A DNA stretch of 64,000 nt from Laetmonice hystrix (taxonomy: Eukaryota). A program made the position numbers and the translations under genes. This document shows positions 25,601 to 39,748 of this stretch, piece after piece. Each line of letters begins with the position of its first letter. Position 1 is the first letter of the stretch. The notes beneath the pieces were generated by a model, which had not been told where the DNA came from, made no database searches, and saw nothing but the letters and a program-made list of their open reading frames with translations. The stretch is taken from contig OZ249436.1 in assembly GCA_965235115.1 (NCBI GenBank), forward strand, positions 45,572,001 through 45,636,000, given 5' to 3'.

Positions 25601-28600
25601 ACCCTTTTTTGTGGGTTTTATTTTATTTAAGAATGTCCATGAGTGCAAGAATTTGGTATATTTGCAGTGAGCTGGTGAAGGAATATCGTACCGTCACCAA
25701 AGACATCCGTGACTTGGAGCAAGAATTAAAGGATGAAGTAAAGAAGGCAGCAGAGAGAGGTGCAGTTCGAGGAAGGTGAGATACAGGGTTTCTGCCAGAA
25801 AATAATTAATGGGGGGAGGGGGTGTAATCCATGCCCGAGCAGGGGGGGGGGGGGTCTGGTGATCCTCCCCCAGAAATTTTTTTTTCAGGAATGCCGGAGA
25901 GGTGTTTTCTCAGCATCTCCTCTGGAGCAAAAATCTCCCAAATCTAATAATGAATTTCCATTATTTTTATGTGTGATACATAGAAAATCAGCATGAGATT
26001 CACATAGAACATTACCCTACTTCCAACTCAATGTATGCATTTGCAAATATTGAACATCGTAAGGGAGGATTGATAAGATTTTATATCATTTAAAAAAAGG
26101 TTGCTCTGCAGGTGTATGGGGTGGATATCCCCCCCTTGTCCAAGATATGCAGGGATTTATCCCCCTTGTCTCCCCCTCTGTATGAAACCCTGAAACTGGA
26201 CCCTAAAACGTGCTCACTTTGCTGACGCTCTCTCCACGATATTCAGGTTTCACACAGAGTTCCTTGGTTTATATTACGTGGTGTACATGTAGTTATGTGT
26301 CTTGTCTTTTCCTTGTTTCAATAATTTCCAGACAAGAGGTTATGTGTTATTTATTGTATTCTAATTTTCATTTGAATGTTTTCAGTCCTGTGTCAAAGAG
26401 AAAGTCAGGCATGCCACAGTATGACTATGATGTTCAGAGTGTCAAACGGGCAGAACGAATCCGAAAGGTAGGTTCTACTAATATTGTTGGAATACTTGGA
26501 AAAATTTCTTGGATCCAACTTATTACACATTGATTTCATATTTTAAAAAATTTGCAAGCCTAAAAGCTTATTTAAACTCAGGTCTGAAGTTCTTGATTGT
26601 AGGGAATCTGTTCTTATTTGTATAGTTGATAAGCCACACTCTGGTTTGCCTCATAATGTAAGTGCCCCATTCTACCACTAGGTAAGGGAGCTGTGGAGAA
26701 ACATGGAGAATTTCCACAGTAAGAATCGGGATGTACGTGATATCGTGGAATCGATAGTTGAGGGTGCTATGGAAAGGTACAAAATAAATGGCGCAGAGCT
26801 TAACGTGCGTGTACCGGACCTACTTCTGAGAGAATGTGAGAAGGAGATCCAACGGGTGAGTTAGCCTCAGGGTACTTGTGAATCAGTACATAGGTAAACT
26901 AGAGCACTTACACCACAGGCATAAACTTGATAAGGAATCTAATGGTCCATTTTTAGAACAAAACACAGGACATGGAGCAGTCAGAGAAATCACACTTGCA
27001 TGTCAGTAAAAAACACTGTGATGTATATCTGAGAATAGTATAACTAGAGAAGTATGGAGTGGACTTTTTCACTTACTTTTGATAAAATGACTTTAGAATC
27101 GTCTTTGATTGTAACTCTGAGGCTGATATATTTTTGTGACCTTGTTATTGTGTTTCAGCGGAGTGTTGATAACATCTACCAGGGAGGCAAACTGAATATT
27201 CTAAGGTAAAAACAATCTTCAATCAGTATGCCGTCACCTTGGCTTAATAAAACAGCCCTGTCTGAGAATCTCCAGTCTACCTCGGTGCTATTCTACTCTC
27301 AAAACTTTATGTTGCAGTCTGGTACATCTATGGAATCTCTCACTACACCTGTATATAGAAAGGATGCATCAAGGTAGGTGGCCCAGTTGGAGAGTCTTAT
27401 TATCAGAATACTGAGATGTGATTGGTCAGATCTTCTGAGATATATTCCCGTCCACAACTATGAGATGACAATCAGAGTGCAGAGTTTGATTCCCTGCCTC
27501 ACTCAAATCAGGCAGTGAACCAAATAATAAACTCGTCACCCCATGTCATTGTCTGATAATGTAATACAGAAATATACCTACCTATAGGTGCCGTATCCCA
27601 CAGGCTGAAGGCCGAATGGGATACAGCACCTAAAAGTAGGTATATTTCTGTAAAAATTACGTTATCAGTCATGGGATCACTAATAATATGTACCTTAATC
27701 AGTAGATGATGATCTCCTGAATGGCAGGAGGACTGGTGACAATAAATGGCCTGATATTCTCTTTTTTTGTTGTTGGTGGGTTTGATTTAATAATTTATAT
27801 AACCAAACCTGCCTTCTGCTGGCTAATTTATTAGTTACTTGCCATAATGTTACTTATTTACACTTTGGTGTGTTAACTGCAGCCCCAAGTAATGTTGATT
27901 GTACACAGGCCGTGATGTTGAGATTCTAAGTAAACTGGTTGTAGAAAGTATATATTTTCTCCTCAGTTGGTCTACCAGCCTTTGACGACGTGCTACCCAT
28001 GGTTACAACCCAAGTCCATACCCATCATGCCCACCTCACCAATGCACAACAGCTCGGGTAAGCACAGCCTTAGGGATAGGGGACTGTAGGCCTGGCTTTT
28101 ATACATAATTGGTCTCGTGAGTACATATGGCACCTGGTCCATGGTCTTTGCTAAAAGATTTAATATAATGTTGTAGGTGATTTTACATTTTACAAAATTA
28201 GTATTTATGGAAACCTTTGGTCAAATTCTGTAACTGTAAGGGGTGATGGCCGTTGTTATTCTCGGCATGCTCTTTTACAGAAATCACTTAAAAAATAAGG
28301 AACTACCAGATCTGAAGGACTCCGTCAAGGCCCTCAAGTCCAAGTTGGATTCTCAAATCTTCCATGCGCAGTCACCTAATAGTATAAGGTTGACAGTAAG
28401 TGTTAAATGTCATCAGTAGAGGGAATCCTATTAAAAACAACACGAGTTACGTTTAATGTTTTCATGAAGATTTCTATGTGCAGAACTGATTTTTCAGAGT
28501 GTAGAATGTTCAGAAAATAAATCCCTACTGGCTGTATCTCACACAGTGGTTCTCGTTCCGATAGTCTCCCTTGTTGTCTCTCCCGAAATATTTAAAAAAA

Positions 28601-31600
28601 AACACATATCATGGCGTAAGAATAGCCATGTATTTTTTTAAGAAAGTACTTCTACAGGTAAAGTACATATCAAGTCTCCTTTTGCTTTGAGTTGTTTTTT
28701 ATTGTTATTTCCGAAAAAATTAATGTTTTCAAGTAAAATATGAAACTGTGTAAGCAGATATTGTGTGGCCTTGGTTTCCGTTCCTATTATATGTAACGGA
28801 ACGACTGAGTTTGGCCTGTACTGATCTACAGTGGGTAGTGCCAATTATTCTCCCGTGATAACTTTCCCACAAAGTAGTGGGTGTGCTGGTATAAGGTTTA
28901 GGTTTTGTTTGGTTTTAGGTTTAGATTTTTAATTTTTACCACCAAATTTCCTGGAGATGTTTACGTGAGAGATGTTTTTTTACAATGCCATGAATGTTCT
29001 GTTTGCAGTCCTTGGGACTGAGCCTGATGCCTCCCACACCTCCTGTTAACTTTTCCGCCAAGGATGCTGATGTGGGTGCTGTTCCAGGACACGAACCGAT
29101 CCAACTACCCCCTGAGGAGGGTAAGCGATATGCTTCAAACAGTTGACTTAAGTGTATCGCCATGCAACGTCATCTGTTTTACAAAATTCTGATTTTTGCA
29201 TTTTGTAAATTTAAATTTAAGCCAGAGGGAATGGATATAATTTTAAAATCTTCAGAACTTACAAATTTTATGTCCTGATATCACTATGAATTTTGTCTCC
29301 AAGCAAAGGGCACTTGGAGGGAAAACTGAAATTGCAAATTATAATAAAAAATCACCAAATCAGTTAAGGCTTTGTCTTGCAGTGTCAACGCCAGAGGCAG
29401 CAACCGTCCTGATGGAGTCAATAGAGAAACGAATTCATTCCCAGCAGATAAGAAGTCTGGCCCAGGGTACACCCATATATGCACCACGTTTGTCCTACAC
29501 TGGCCAACCTACAGCAACAAACAAGTAAGAAACGGAGCAAAACATACAAAATGTCTGAAGTCCCTCACAACTTTAGGTCACACTGCTATTGACATGTTAA
29601 GTGTGTTAACTTTTCTTCCCACAATATACTTGATTTGTTATTATTTAGTTGTTGTCACAGCAAGATATCTATTACTGTTTCAAGTTTTCCTACGTCGAAG
29701 CTGCCTGTAAGAGAAAACATTGAAGTGGACCGTGTGGGAATAAAACAGCGGACACGGTTCAGATCTGCGCCCACTTCGTTAAATTCACTGACACAGCCTG
29801 CAACACTAGGTGGCGTGACAGTCACTTCATCAGGGACAACAATACAAGAGGTTCCTTCACATGATGCGGACACAGCAAGGCAAGCAATGACCTCACAGGT
29901 CATGAGGTCCAAAACAAAGCTGAAAAAGGTGAGGCTTTATGTTGTAAACGGATCTAAATCAGCTGGAAAACAAAGATAGGAAGGAAATACTGACTGGCAA
30001 GCAAGACTAGAGAAACAATGGAAAAACTATACAAGATCATTTGTTTCCAATAACTTCGCTTTCTCTATACAGTATACATTCTCTATACAGTTATCTGAAC
30101 AGCCTTATTGCCTTTCAAAATATGTACATATCGTGAAAGGTTACTTATTTTAAGCACTAAATGTTTAATGTGGTTAACGGAATAGTATTGTTTTAGTTTA
30201 GACAGTGTCTCGGTGTTAGTGGAGACATTACTTCAATTAGCTGGTATAGAGAGAAGGCGGGAAGATCTACAATACAATTTGTTAGGAACAGACAATATTG
30301 ATATGACTTGATATAAACCTGACCTTACATTGCAGGGTTTGAAGGCTCCAGTTCCTGCGGTGGCCAAGAGGTCCAGGAGGACAGTTGGGCCAGAAATGGC
30401 GCCAAAAGTTGAAAAGTCAGGCAGTAGTCGAAAAATACAGAAACGCCCCAAGGCACATGACATTTTGGCAGACCAGGTGTGTAACAGTTGTCATCTAGTT
30501 TGAGCTGTCTATAAGAGCAATCCATGCCAAAAAGAAAATTAATGTTAGTACATTTCGGCCCCACAGGTTTCGTTCCACACATGCATGTATTTACATACCC
30601 TTCTACATCATGTTTTGCTTTCTGACCAGAGGAAGTTTCAGGTGTATCCATAAAGTGGTGTTTCATGTTTGCGTTTATAGATTGCGGAGGCTGTGATATC
30701 TGGCACACCCTCAGTCGACTACAGACGTGTGATTGGGGGGTTCGGAGTCATGGACCTAGGACAGGATCTCGGTAGGTCCCTTTCTTTGTTAGTGGTGAGA
30801 ACCAGGCGTGATCTTAGAGGTAATTAACACCAGATGTGCGGCACTGCCAAGTAGTTTGTTTTTAGATATATGTCCTCACCTTTAGGACCTGTGTATGCTG
30901 TCGATATTAAATTCAAAACTACAGAATATACCTGACATGTTTCTGTACTTCAGGGGCCCAGACAGAAGGTTTGATGTGGTTTTGCTTTTAAATTGTTTTG
31001 ATGAATAACAAAGTAACCTTCTCGACACAGCTTACAATATGACGAGGACGTAAGATACGAACCACACCATTTCCTAGACTTTCTATCCCTACTCTGTGTG
31101 CATGTCACATATTTAACAGCAATGGTGGAATGGTTTATTTGGTAGACTCCGTGACAGACTAAACTTTTGTTTGTAATTGAGCTGAGAATTGGTTCTGCTC
31201 TGATCAACATTGGTGTGGTGTTTGTACAGCAATGTATGGCCCACATTGTTCCCATGCTGGCTGCATGAAACTGGTTACATCTATGGTCTCTTATGTGCAT
31301 GGTTAAAATGATTTAGTGGAAAGTCAAAGGTTGAGGGCCATATTAGCTGGTAAATCTTGGAGTTGTTGTGAGGGACTATAGTTCAAGTTCTACTTACTCT
31401 CCTAATGCCTGCCACAGACTATATGTTTCTGAGCAGTTGCAAGTCATGAGCTCCCTCAGTCTATATGCTCGGGTTACTAGCGATCACATAAGGCATGCAG
31501 TGATGAGAATCGCTGCTACGACCTGGCCCTGACACATCCCCTGGTGGGGTGTACTGAACCCCAAGCAGATGATCGCTGGGTATGCTGCCACTATAATATT

Positions 31601-34600
31601 ACTCTGATATCATCAAGGCGATTGTAGACGGATCACAACAACATGCACGCCAACCGAGTCACATTGTAAGACCCTGTACACATGTACACTTAAAGTAACA
31701 CCCGCGACCCAATTCAAAATTCCTACCTGTAACCCATACTTTAGCTGTACTTATAACTCCCAACTGCAATCGCGTCATATAGTCTGCGGCAGGCATGATA
31801 TCTATGATTTGTTGTCACACTCAGATGTTTTTTTGTTAGTTTTTTAAGGCAGATGTAATAAGTTCTAAAATTTTACAAAATTAAGTTCCATAATTTGGCA
31901 TGTCCGAAATCTTGTTCTCCTGTCCAGTGTGGCATGATGAGTTGTGTACCCCATATCCATTTAGACTTCTGAGGCGAAATGGAGTTTAAACCACTGATCT
32001 GTGAAGTTTTCCCTTGATATATGACAAATATATCAGTAAAGTTAAGATAATGATAGAAAGATGTTGGAATCACAACCATGATCCAATGTCTATCTCAGTT
32101 AACTTGTTTGACATGGTAATCTCCAGTCAAGTGACGGATTTTCAACTGTTATAATTTAAACTGCTACTGCTACAGCTGCAAAGGCATTTGAATCTCGTGA
32201 CAAGCTGAAGCGGACGCCACCCACGCCGCTGCCTGGATGGCCAGACTCTAAACTCCAGGACAGTATGGGACCATTGTCCAGCACACGGCTTGACCACACC
32301 CAGGAGGTGAAACATGCAAATGTCGACAAAATCGTCACCAAACTCTTCTCCGGGGAAGGTTCAGGTAGGAGCTAGAATTCTGGTAGTAGGAATAGGATGT
32401 AATCACAGCAAACTGGAATAGTAACCTAGAATAACCAAATCTGAAATGTCGGCATAGAAATTAGGCATGAGCTTTTTAGCCAACCGGCAGATTTCAGGAT
32501 TTTTCACCTAGTTATCGCAATCCTTCTTGAGAGCAATTTAATTTTATGAAGAGTAAATGTTACATCTATTAAGTGATAGGGTGCTCAGAACGAACTTTGT
32601 TTTTAGCCTTGGCCAGAGTTATGCTTAGTTTTCAAATTGTGTTAAAAACTCTCACTGTACATGTAATACATGTGCTGATTTGATATAAAGTAAGAGACAT
32701 GATAATGGAGGGAGTTAGGCATAACTGACAGAGTTTTAACATTGACACAGAGGACGAGGGAGAGGGAATAACAACTGTGCATTCATCAAACCAAGGACCA
32801 CGACCTGAGCCATCATCTCAACGGCGCCATCACCCATCTGGTTCAGAAGACCCCCCTGCCCCCATCCAACCCGGGGGGTTAGCCCCCCTGACGGGCTCAC
32901 CATTGGCGGACAGGGTACGTGACCTGAATGTTGGCTCACCACAAGCTCGCAGCCCGACGTCCCCCAGCTATGCGACAAGACGCAGCTTTACCTTGACATC
33001 AGGGGCGATGGTTATGACAGGTGACCTGCTGGGTATGCAGGACTCTGACCATCTCATACCAGACCCTCTCCCTGCCCAGGTTACCCTGGACTGGAGTGAC
33101 CACAGTGACCATAGTGATAGCGAACACATGGTATCCGCAGCCAGAGTGGCCGAGTTACCTGACGGTGATGATGGGGATGACTCGGACTCATCTCTCTCGG
33201 GTGTGAATGCTGTCATCAGGGAGCTGGCAGAATCCCACACTCCCGAGTTACCGAGCAGAAAGAAAACAGGATATTCTAACCTTGACTCTGACAGCAGCAA
33301 CAATAACAACAGCAAGGGTCACAGAGACAGTCTGAGTTTGCTAGAGGAGTTAGCTAACACTGATACCCCACAGCTTCCAGTTCGATCCAAGTGTGGTCAA
33401 AACGACCAGGATCAACTCCAGCGTCACATCACCGGGGCTGAGCTGAATGATAATAACTCAGTGTCAGCTGGGCCCAGTCACCCAGTACCCAGTGTTAATG
33501 TATCGTCTCCTGGGCCTACTGGCCTGTTACCAAACAGTCCGAGCCCCACAAACTTTGACTTGCTGATGGCTAATGAAGACCGGGTATCCTCCCTTCCCTT
33601 GCCGCTGGCTGTATGCCATCATGATCAACCTCAAGACATCTCCTCCAGATCCACAAGTAACCATGGTAACCAGGTTGATCTTGATGCAGAGGTGGATGAC
33701 CTTGAAGAGCTGGTGAATGTCAGCGCGCGTGTGATTGAACTCCAAAATGGAAGCTTCACGGAGAAGCAGGAGGCCAGTCCACCGAGGAGAACGCTGGAGT
33801 CCACCGAAACCATCAATACATCAAGGTACCATGACACTGATCAGAAACTGATCGCCTCATTCGTTGACAGCACCCTCCGAGACTTAAGTGGTGACTTAGG
33901 ACGCATAACACTTGGCCATGAAAAGGTAGGAAGTAGTAGGACTCCCACCCGCAGCCGGAGCCCAAGGATGGGTGACACATTGAATAAAGTTTCAGGAGAG
34001 CTGAACGCTGCTGATATCATCACCAGGTACCAAATGTTTCGACAGGGGTCTTTTGGTAAAGGGAAGGCCAAGTCTCCCTCACTGCCCAACGGTGCTGGCA
34101 GCCGACCTTCCAGTCAAAAACCCTCGCCGGTGACCTCGGCACCTCACACCCCAATGCGGTCAGGGAAGGATAAATCACCACTCGGTGATATATACCTGCA
34201 GAGGACCCCGACGAAGGAGGGTGAGAAGGAGCTGGTTCAACGGTTCGCTCTAAACCTGGATGATGAAGATGACGATGATGATGATATGTCCCTGCTCCGT
34301 ATCACCATGCCACAACAGTTTGAAGGAGGACACCAGACCTCTCCCCTGACAAACGTCGAGCGGAGCCATGACCAACAGCTGACGACACCTTTAAATACGT
34401 ACAAAAGTAGAACTAGGACACCAGGTAAGACACTATATAATAACATTTTCCTTGACTCAAATTCACTTGTCAGCAGTGTTGCAGATAGGTTGGTTTTGTG
34501 TAGTTTGCTCCTGTGGCAAATAATGTTTAGTGAATTGGGACTTGCAACTAATGAGGTTTTGCATGGTTTATTTTTCAGATGACATCCATGTTGATATGTA

Positions 34601-37600
34601 GTTAGTATATAGTTACAGTACCCATCAAATTGATCAATCATGATGCTTCTGGCAGTAGGGTTCAGCTCAGCCAGGTGTCCTTCAGGCACAGGCCACTTCA
34701 AAGTGAAAGTAGAATTCCAATTTCGAATTTCAATTAGTCAGAGAGTTCCAGTTCACAAGAAGAACCTTATTCTGTCAAAAAAATACCAATTTTGTTTAAT
34801 TAGGCTAAAAGCTCCACTATATATGGATGTGAATTGTATTTTAAAAACTTGGAAAGCTAGTTGACCAGAAATTGGAATTCTGATGTTTTATTTCCCTGGA
34901 AACACTGTGATGGGTATTATTTCTGGATGCATGGGGTTACTCCAGCTCCAAACGTTTTTATGGGTGTTGGGCCTGGCATGAGTGGGTTTCTCTTGTGGCC
35001 ATCGTACAGCGGCTGCATCCATACAGCCTTCCAGCTTCTGTGCCAAACTCTTTAGGTCATATCTCAAGTAAATGAGATTTTCTATGTCAGTTCAGTTCTT
35101 TTATCATGTCAGGTTGTTTAAAATGCAGATGTAGTTGGTGGTGTAGTGAGGCGTAATGAGTGGTGACTCATTGTTACTGTCGACCAATGTGGTAGTAAGG
35201 TTTGATGGCATACTTGTTGATGATTTGGTGCAGGGTCCGCAGTGCTAGTATCGGGCTGCTAATGAGTTTTTAGGTCTGCTAGCGTCCCAGCTGCTGATTG
35301 GTTGCAAGGTGTGCTAGCTTCGTGGCTGCTGATTGTTTGCAAGGTCCACTGGCGTCCTGGCTACTGATTGGTTGGAACACATGTTCATTGTTGCTTGTCA
35401 TGTGTCTGCCAATTAGTTTACGATGTATCAGTGACGATACATCTATGTGTATAGGGATGGGGGGGGGGGGAGACTAATCATGATCAAAGATCTTGACAAA
35501 ATGTGGTGTTGAAAGTGTAGGTCCAATGTATGCTCCATTCTGAGACTTAAACCAAGTTTGGGAGAAAATTGTCAGACTATTTAACAATAAGTAGCTCCAG
35601 AATCTTTTCCATAAGGCTGTTAAATTTTTAATCAGGTTGAACCACACCACACATTGCCATTTCAGGGAAGTCCCTCAGAAACTCGTTATACCATGCAGCT
35701 CTGTCGGTGTCATTACGGAATTCTGTGTCGTCTGGTGAGAACTGCCTTAGTGATAGTCTAAGTACCCTTGTAACTGTGTTTATCTAACAAAGTTAGTGTG
35801 ACTAAATGACACCGGCACTGTTCCTCAACTTCCTGTCACAAGGACATGTGTTTGAGACCAGCACTGTTCCTGTCACAAGGACATGTGTTTGAGACCGACA
35901 CTGTTCCTGTCACAAGGAGATGTGTTTGAGACTGGCATTGTTCCTGTTACAAGGACATAGATCTGTTTGATACCGAAACTGTTCCTGTCACAAGGACATG
36001 TGTTTGATACCGACACTGTTCCTGTCACAAGGACATGTGTTTGAGACTGGCATTGTTCCTGTTACAAGGACATGTGTTTGAGACTGGCATTGTTCCTGTC
36101 ACAAGGACATGTGTTTGAGACCAGCACTGTTCCTGTCACAAGGACATTGTGTTTGAGACTGGCATTGTTCCTGTCACAAGGACATGTGTTTGAGACCAGC
36201 ACTGTTCCTGTCACAAGGACATAGATCTGTTTGATACCGAAACTGTTCCTGTCACAAGGACATGTGTTTGATACTGACACTGTTCCTGTCACAAGGACAT
36301 GTGTTTGAGACTGGCACCGTTCCTGTCACAAGGACATGTGTTTGAGACCGGCACTGTTCCTGTCACAAGGACATGTGTTTGAGACCGGCACTGTTCCTGT
36401 CACAAGGACATGTGTTTGAGACTGGCACCGTTCCTGTCACAAGGACATGTGTTTGAGACCGGCACTGTTCCTGTCACAAGGACATGTGTTTGAGACTGGC
36501 ACCGTTCCTGTCACAAGGACATGTGTTTGATACTGACACTGTTCCTGTCAAAAGGACATGTGTTTGAGACTGGCATTGTTCCTGTCACAAGGACATTGTG
36601 TTTGAGACTGGCATTGTTCCTGTCACAAGGACATAGATCTGTTTGATACCGAAACTGTTCCTGTCACAAGGACATGTGTTTGATACTGACACTGTTCCTG
36701 TCACAAGGACATGTGTTTGAGACTGGCATTGTTCCTGTCACAAGGACATTGTGTTTGAGACTGGCATTGTTCCTGTCACAAGGACATAGATCTGTTTGAT
36801 ACCGAAACTGTTCCTGTCACAAGGACATGTGTTTGAGACTGGCATTGTTCCTGTCACAAGGACATTGTGTTTGAGACTGGCATTGTTCCTGTCACAAGGA
36901 CATTGTGTTTGAGACTGGCATTGTTCCTGTCACAAGGACATGTGTTTGAGACTGGCATTGTTCCTGTCACAAGGACATGTGTTTGAGACCGGCACTGTTC
37001 CTGTCACAAGGACATGTGTTTGAGACTGGCATTGTTCCTGTCACAAGGACATTGTGTTTGAGACTGGCATTGTTCCTGTCACAAGGACATATGTTTGAGA
37101 CTGGCATTGTTCCTGTCACAAGGACATGTGTTTGAGACTGGCATTGTTCCTGTCACAAGGACATGTGTTTGACACCAGCACTGTTCCTGTCACCAGGACA
37201 TGTGTTTGTGACTGGCACTGTTCCTGTCACAAGGACATGTGTTTGTGACTGGCACTGTTCCTGTCACAAGGACATGTGTTTGAGACCAGCACTGTTCCTG
37301 TCACAAGGACATGTGTTTGAGACTGGCACTGTTCCTGTCACAAGGACATGTGTTTGAGACTGGCATTGTTCCTGTCACAAGGACATGTGTTTAAGACTGG
37401 CACTGTTCCTGTCACAAGGACATAGATCTGTTTGATACCGAAACTGTTCCTGTCACAAGGACATGTGTTTGAGACCAGCACTGTTCCTGTCACAAGGACA
37501 TGTGTTTGAGACTGGCACTGTTCCTGTCACAAGGACATGTGTTTGAGACTGACACTGTTCCTGTCACAAGGACATGTGTTTGAGACTGGCATTGTTCCTG

Positions 37601-39220
37601 TCACAAGGACATGTGTTTGAGACTGGCATTGTTCCTGTTGCAAGGACATGTGGTTGAGACTGGCATTGTTCCTGTCACAAGGACATGTGTTTGAGACTGG
37701 CATTGTTCCTGTTGCAAGGACAGGTATTTGATGCCGACACTGTTCCTCTCACAAGGACAGGTATTTGATGCCGACACTGTTCCTGTCACAAGGACATGTG
37801 TTTGATGCCGACACTGTTCCTGTCACAAGGACATGTATTTGTTACCGACACTGTTCCTGTCACAAGGACACATATTTGACACCGGCACTGTTCCAAGGAC
37901 ATGTATTGATATTATGCACTTATTGTGTTTGCTGTTAAGAGCACCATTAACACTGAGTTATTGTTATTTGAACCATGTGTTAGTTAGATATTTTTTCTGC
38001 GTAGATTTGTGTGTGACATACCCTGTTCCATGACAATGTTGATTAGTATGTAATGGAATGTAAATTGAATAGGGCTCCTTTGGCAGCAATCAAGTGTTTG
38101 CTGCTGTGATGCACCCGCTTTTTGATAAACAGATATTGGGAAAGTACCCAAACTGCTCTAATTACAGCACGTATTATAAAAGTTACCTTTTGATCAGTCA
38201 AATCAGATTCTACATTTGTTTCTATATTATGGTTTTATAATGATGCCTCTGATTGGTTCAAACACCGGCATTGATGGTGATGTGTGACCAAGTCATGTGA
38301 TCTTATAACTAGTAAAGATTTTGAACTATGATAATCTCCACTGGTGAGTGATGGTAGATGTTAATCAGGCTTACATTACCATAGTGACAACTTGTATTCA
38401 CGCATCTGATGTAACCAAAGTTTTAAAGGAGTTGATAATTCTAAGAATACTAATTCTAACTTTCACAGGGTTAAAAGACTGGAACAAACTAAAGCTGTGA
38501 TCCCAAATGTAATTATAACTAAATAACACAGCATGGTGTTGAGGCGCATGTGTCAAAATTCTAATCGGATTATCGGTATATTGATATGCTGTAACATAGG
38601 GTTTTAAAAACCTCCTTTACAATGCCACAGGTGCCCAAGGAAGCCCTACCTCTCATCATCATTCAATACCTCTGTCACCTCTAACCGATGTACTCCACAG
38701 CTTCAGTATGGATGATTCTCTGTCTGCCTTCAATATATTAAGTAAGTACCGGGTAGTTTACACAGCTTTCATTAGCTGTCTCCTTGATTCCTTGTTTGTT
38801 ATCAATGTCAAGGAATCGCCAACAATACCCGACAATGGGAAATAATGTGGCATTGTGTCGGGTAGTCTTGTAAATGAGGAAGCGACATCTTGTGGTAATA
38901 CCATGTACTTAGAGTACCTTGTGTTGTGTAAGACGCAATCCTGATTTCCGATCTCAGACAAGTAAAATTAAATTCATTTAGGTATCTGATGAAGTACATA
39001 TCCATTAGTAGATTTTCCTTTCTGTCCGTACTTTAGGTTTAACCTGTATGTTTAAGCACAGAATATTCTGGTATAGTACGAGGCATGTTTTATATTTTAC
39101 TCCACCGGTTTTTCCTCAGATGAAGATGACTCGGTACTTCTCCCGCCCTCCCCACTCATGACTGAGGGACTCAATCGACCACACGCCTCCCCGGCCGTCG
39201 GAAAGCTAATTGACCTCTGA
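22623..39220 (+). CDS. HAUS6: HAUS augmin-like complex subunit 6 (Dgt6), about 1350 aa, 21 coding exons
   Basis: Exons 22623-22726, 23446-23541, 23835-23916, 24886-25015, 25277-25448, 25668-25775, 26386-26467, 26682-26855, 27159-27205, 27318-27373, 27967-28057, 28281-28395, 29009-29120, 29383-29524, 29685-29928, 30336-30476, 30681-30771, 32176-32364, 32751-34424, 38631-38741, 39120-39220 are all in frame. N-terminal motifs MFVHPNKKGF, FRDCWPVLDKKQEQHFRK and IVASLFMSPGGDKF are typical of HAUS6_N. C-terminal exons are supported by splice sites and frame only. Confidence 0.85.
24035..24880 (+). repeat. 29/32-bp minisatellite filling most of HAUS6 intron 3 and ending at the exon 4 acceptor
   Basis: Unit ATGACATTCAATGTGAC(TA)TGGTTGTGTTGCT and variants. 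The last copy merges into ...TATGGTTCTCTGACAG|GAG. Confidence 0.93.
27553..27668. mobile_element. Hairpin resembling a Crypton end; probable non-autonomous relic in HAUS6 intron 10
   Basis: Arms CTGATAA..TACAGAAATATACCTAC..TAGGTGCCGTATCCCA / TGGGATACAGCACCTA..GTAGGTATATTTCTGTA..TTATCAG, with a GGCTGAAGGCC core like the GCCGAAGGC core at about 58422. Confidence 0.55.
31405..31796. mobile_element. MITE with 21-bp TIR, possibly PIF/Harbinger-like
   Basis: ATGCCTGCCACAGACTATATG ... CATATAGTCTGCGGCAGGCAT (one mismatch). Confidence 0.65.
35810..37885 (+). repeat. ~37-bp minisatellite, about 55 copies, in HAUS6 intron 19
   Basis: Unit GAGACTGGCA(T/C)TGTTCCTGTCACAAGGACATGTGTTT with recurring variant units (e.g. 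...ACATAGATCTGTTTGATACCGAAAC). Confidence 0.95.
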
Positions 39221-39599
39221 GTCTCTGACCGTTGACACCATTATACTCTACCTTAATTCATCATATCAGCTTCCGTGTTCTCATTATTTATTTGCAATTA
39301 TATTTTTACGGTGTATTATATTTTCACTGTGTATCATATTTCCCATATGTAACACTTTTTATTAACTTGTGTATGGGAAACAATTTCTCTGTCATAGATT
39401 GAGATATGTTACCAAGGATACAGGCACGTCACCTATCAGCTGCCTAGAACACAGCATAAACAAAAAATTGAAAATGCTTTATAAAAGCGCTGACTATTAG
39501 AACTAGTAAATTTCTGTATTAAACCAAAACAGGCTGATATTGAATGTGCCATTATAAACTTCAGCAGCATTTATACTATTTATTATTCAACGGTAATAA

Positions 39600-39748
39600 C
39601 TTCAAAAATTCTCAGCATGAATAAAGCTTACTTAATTAAACTAAGAGGTTTCTGATTGGCTGGCCTAAGCAAACCAACCAATCAGAAGCCTGTTAGTTTA
39701 GTTAAGTAAGCTTTATTCAAGTTGAGAATATTTGGAAAACTGGGCCCA
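39600..39748. mobile_element. Palindromic MITE-like element 3' of HAUS6
   Basis: ATTCTCA..TGAATAAAGCTTACTTAATTAAACTA..TTCTGATTGG is mirrored by CCAATCAGAA..TAGTTTAGTTAAGTAAGCTTTATTCA..TGAGAAT; ends ...AAACTGGGCCC. Confidence 0.65.

Noticed and set aside
31498..31570. C/D-box snoRNA candidate (GTGATGA...CTGA)
   Set aside because: Lies inside a TIR-bounded element, has no terminal stem and shows no clean rRNA complementarity that I can verify.
31934..32000. C/D-box snoRNA candidate (ATGATGA...CTGA)
   Set aside because: Boxes are present but there is no recognisable guide or closing stem; such motifs arise by chance.
34425..34582. Hydrophobic C-terminus of the 601-aa ORF as a transmembrane anchor
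   Set aside because: Read-through past the CAG|GTAAGA donor at 34424 into intron.
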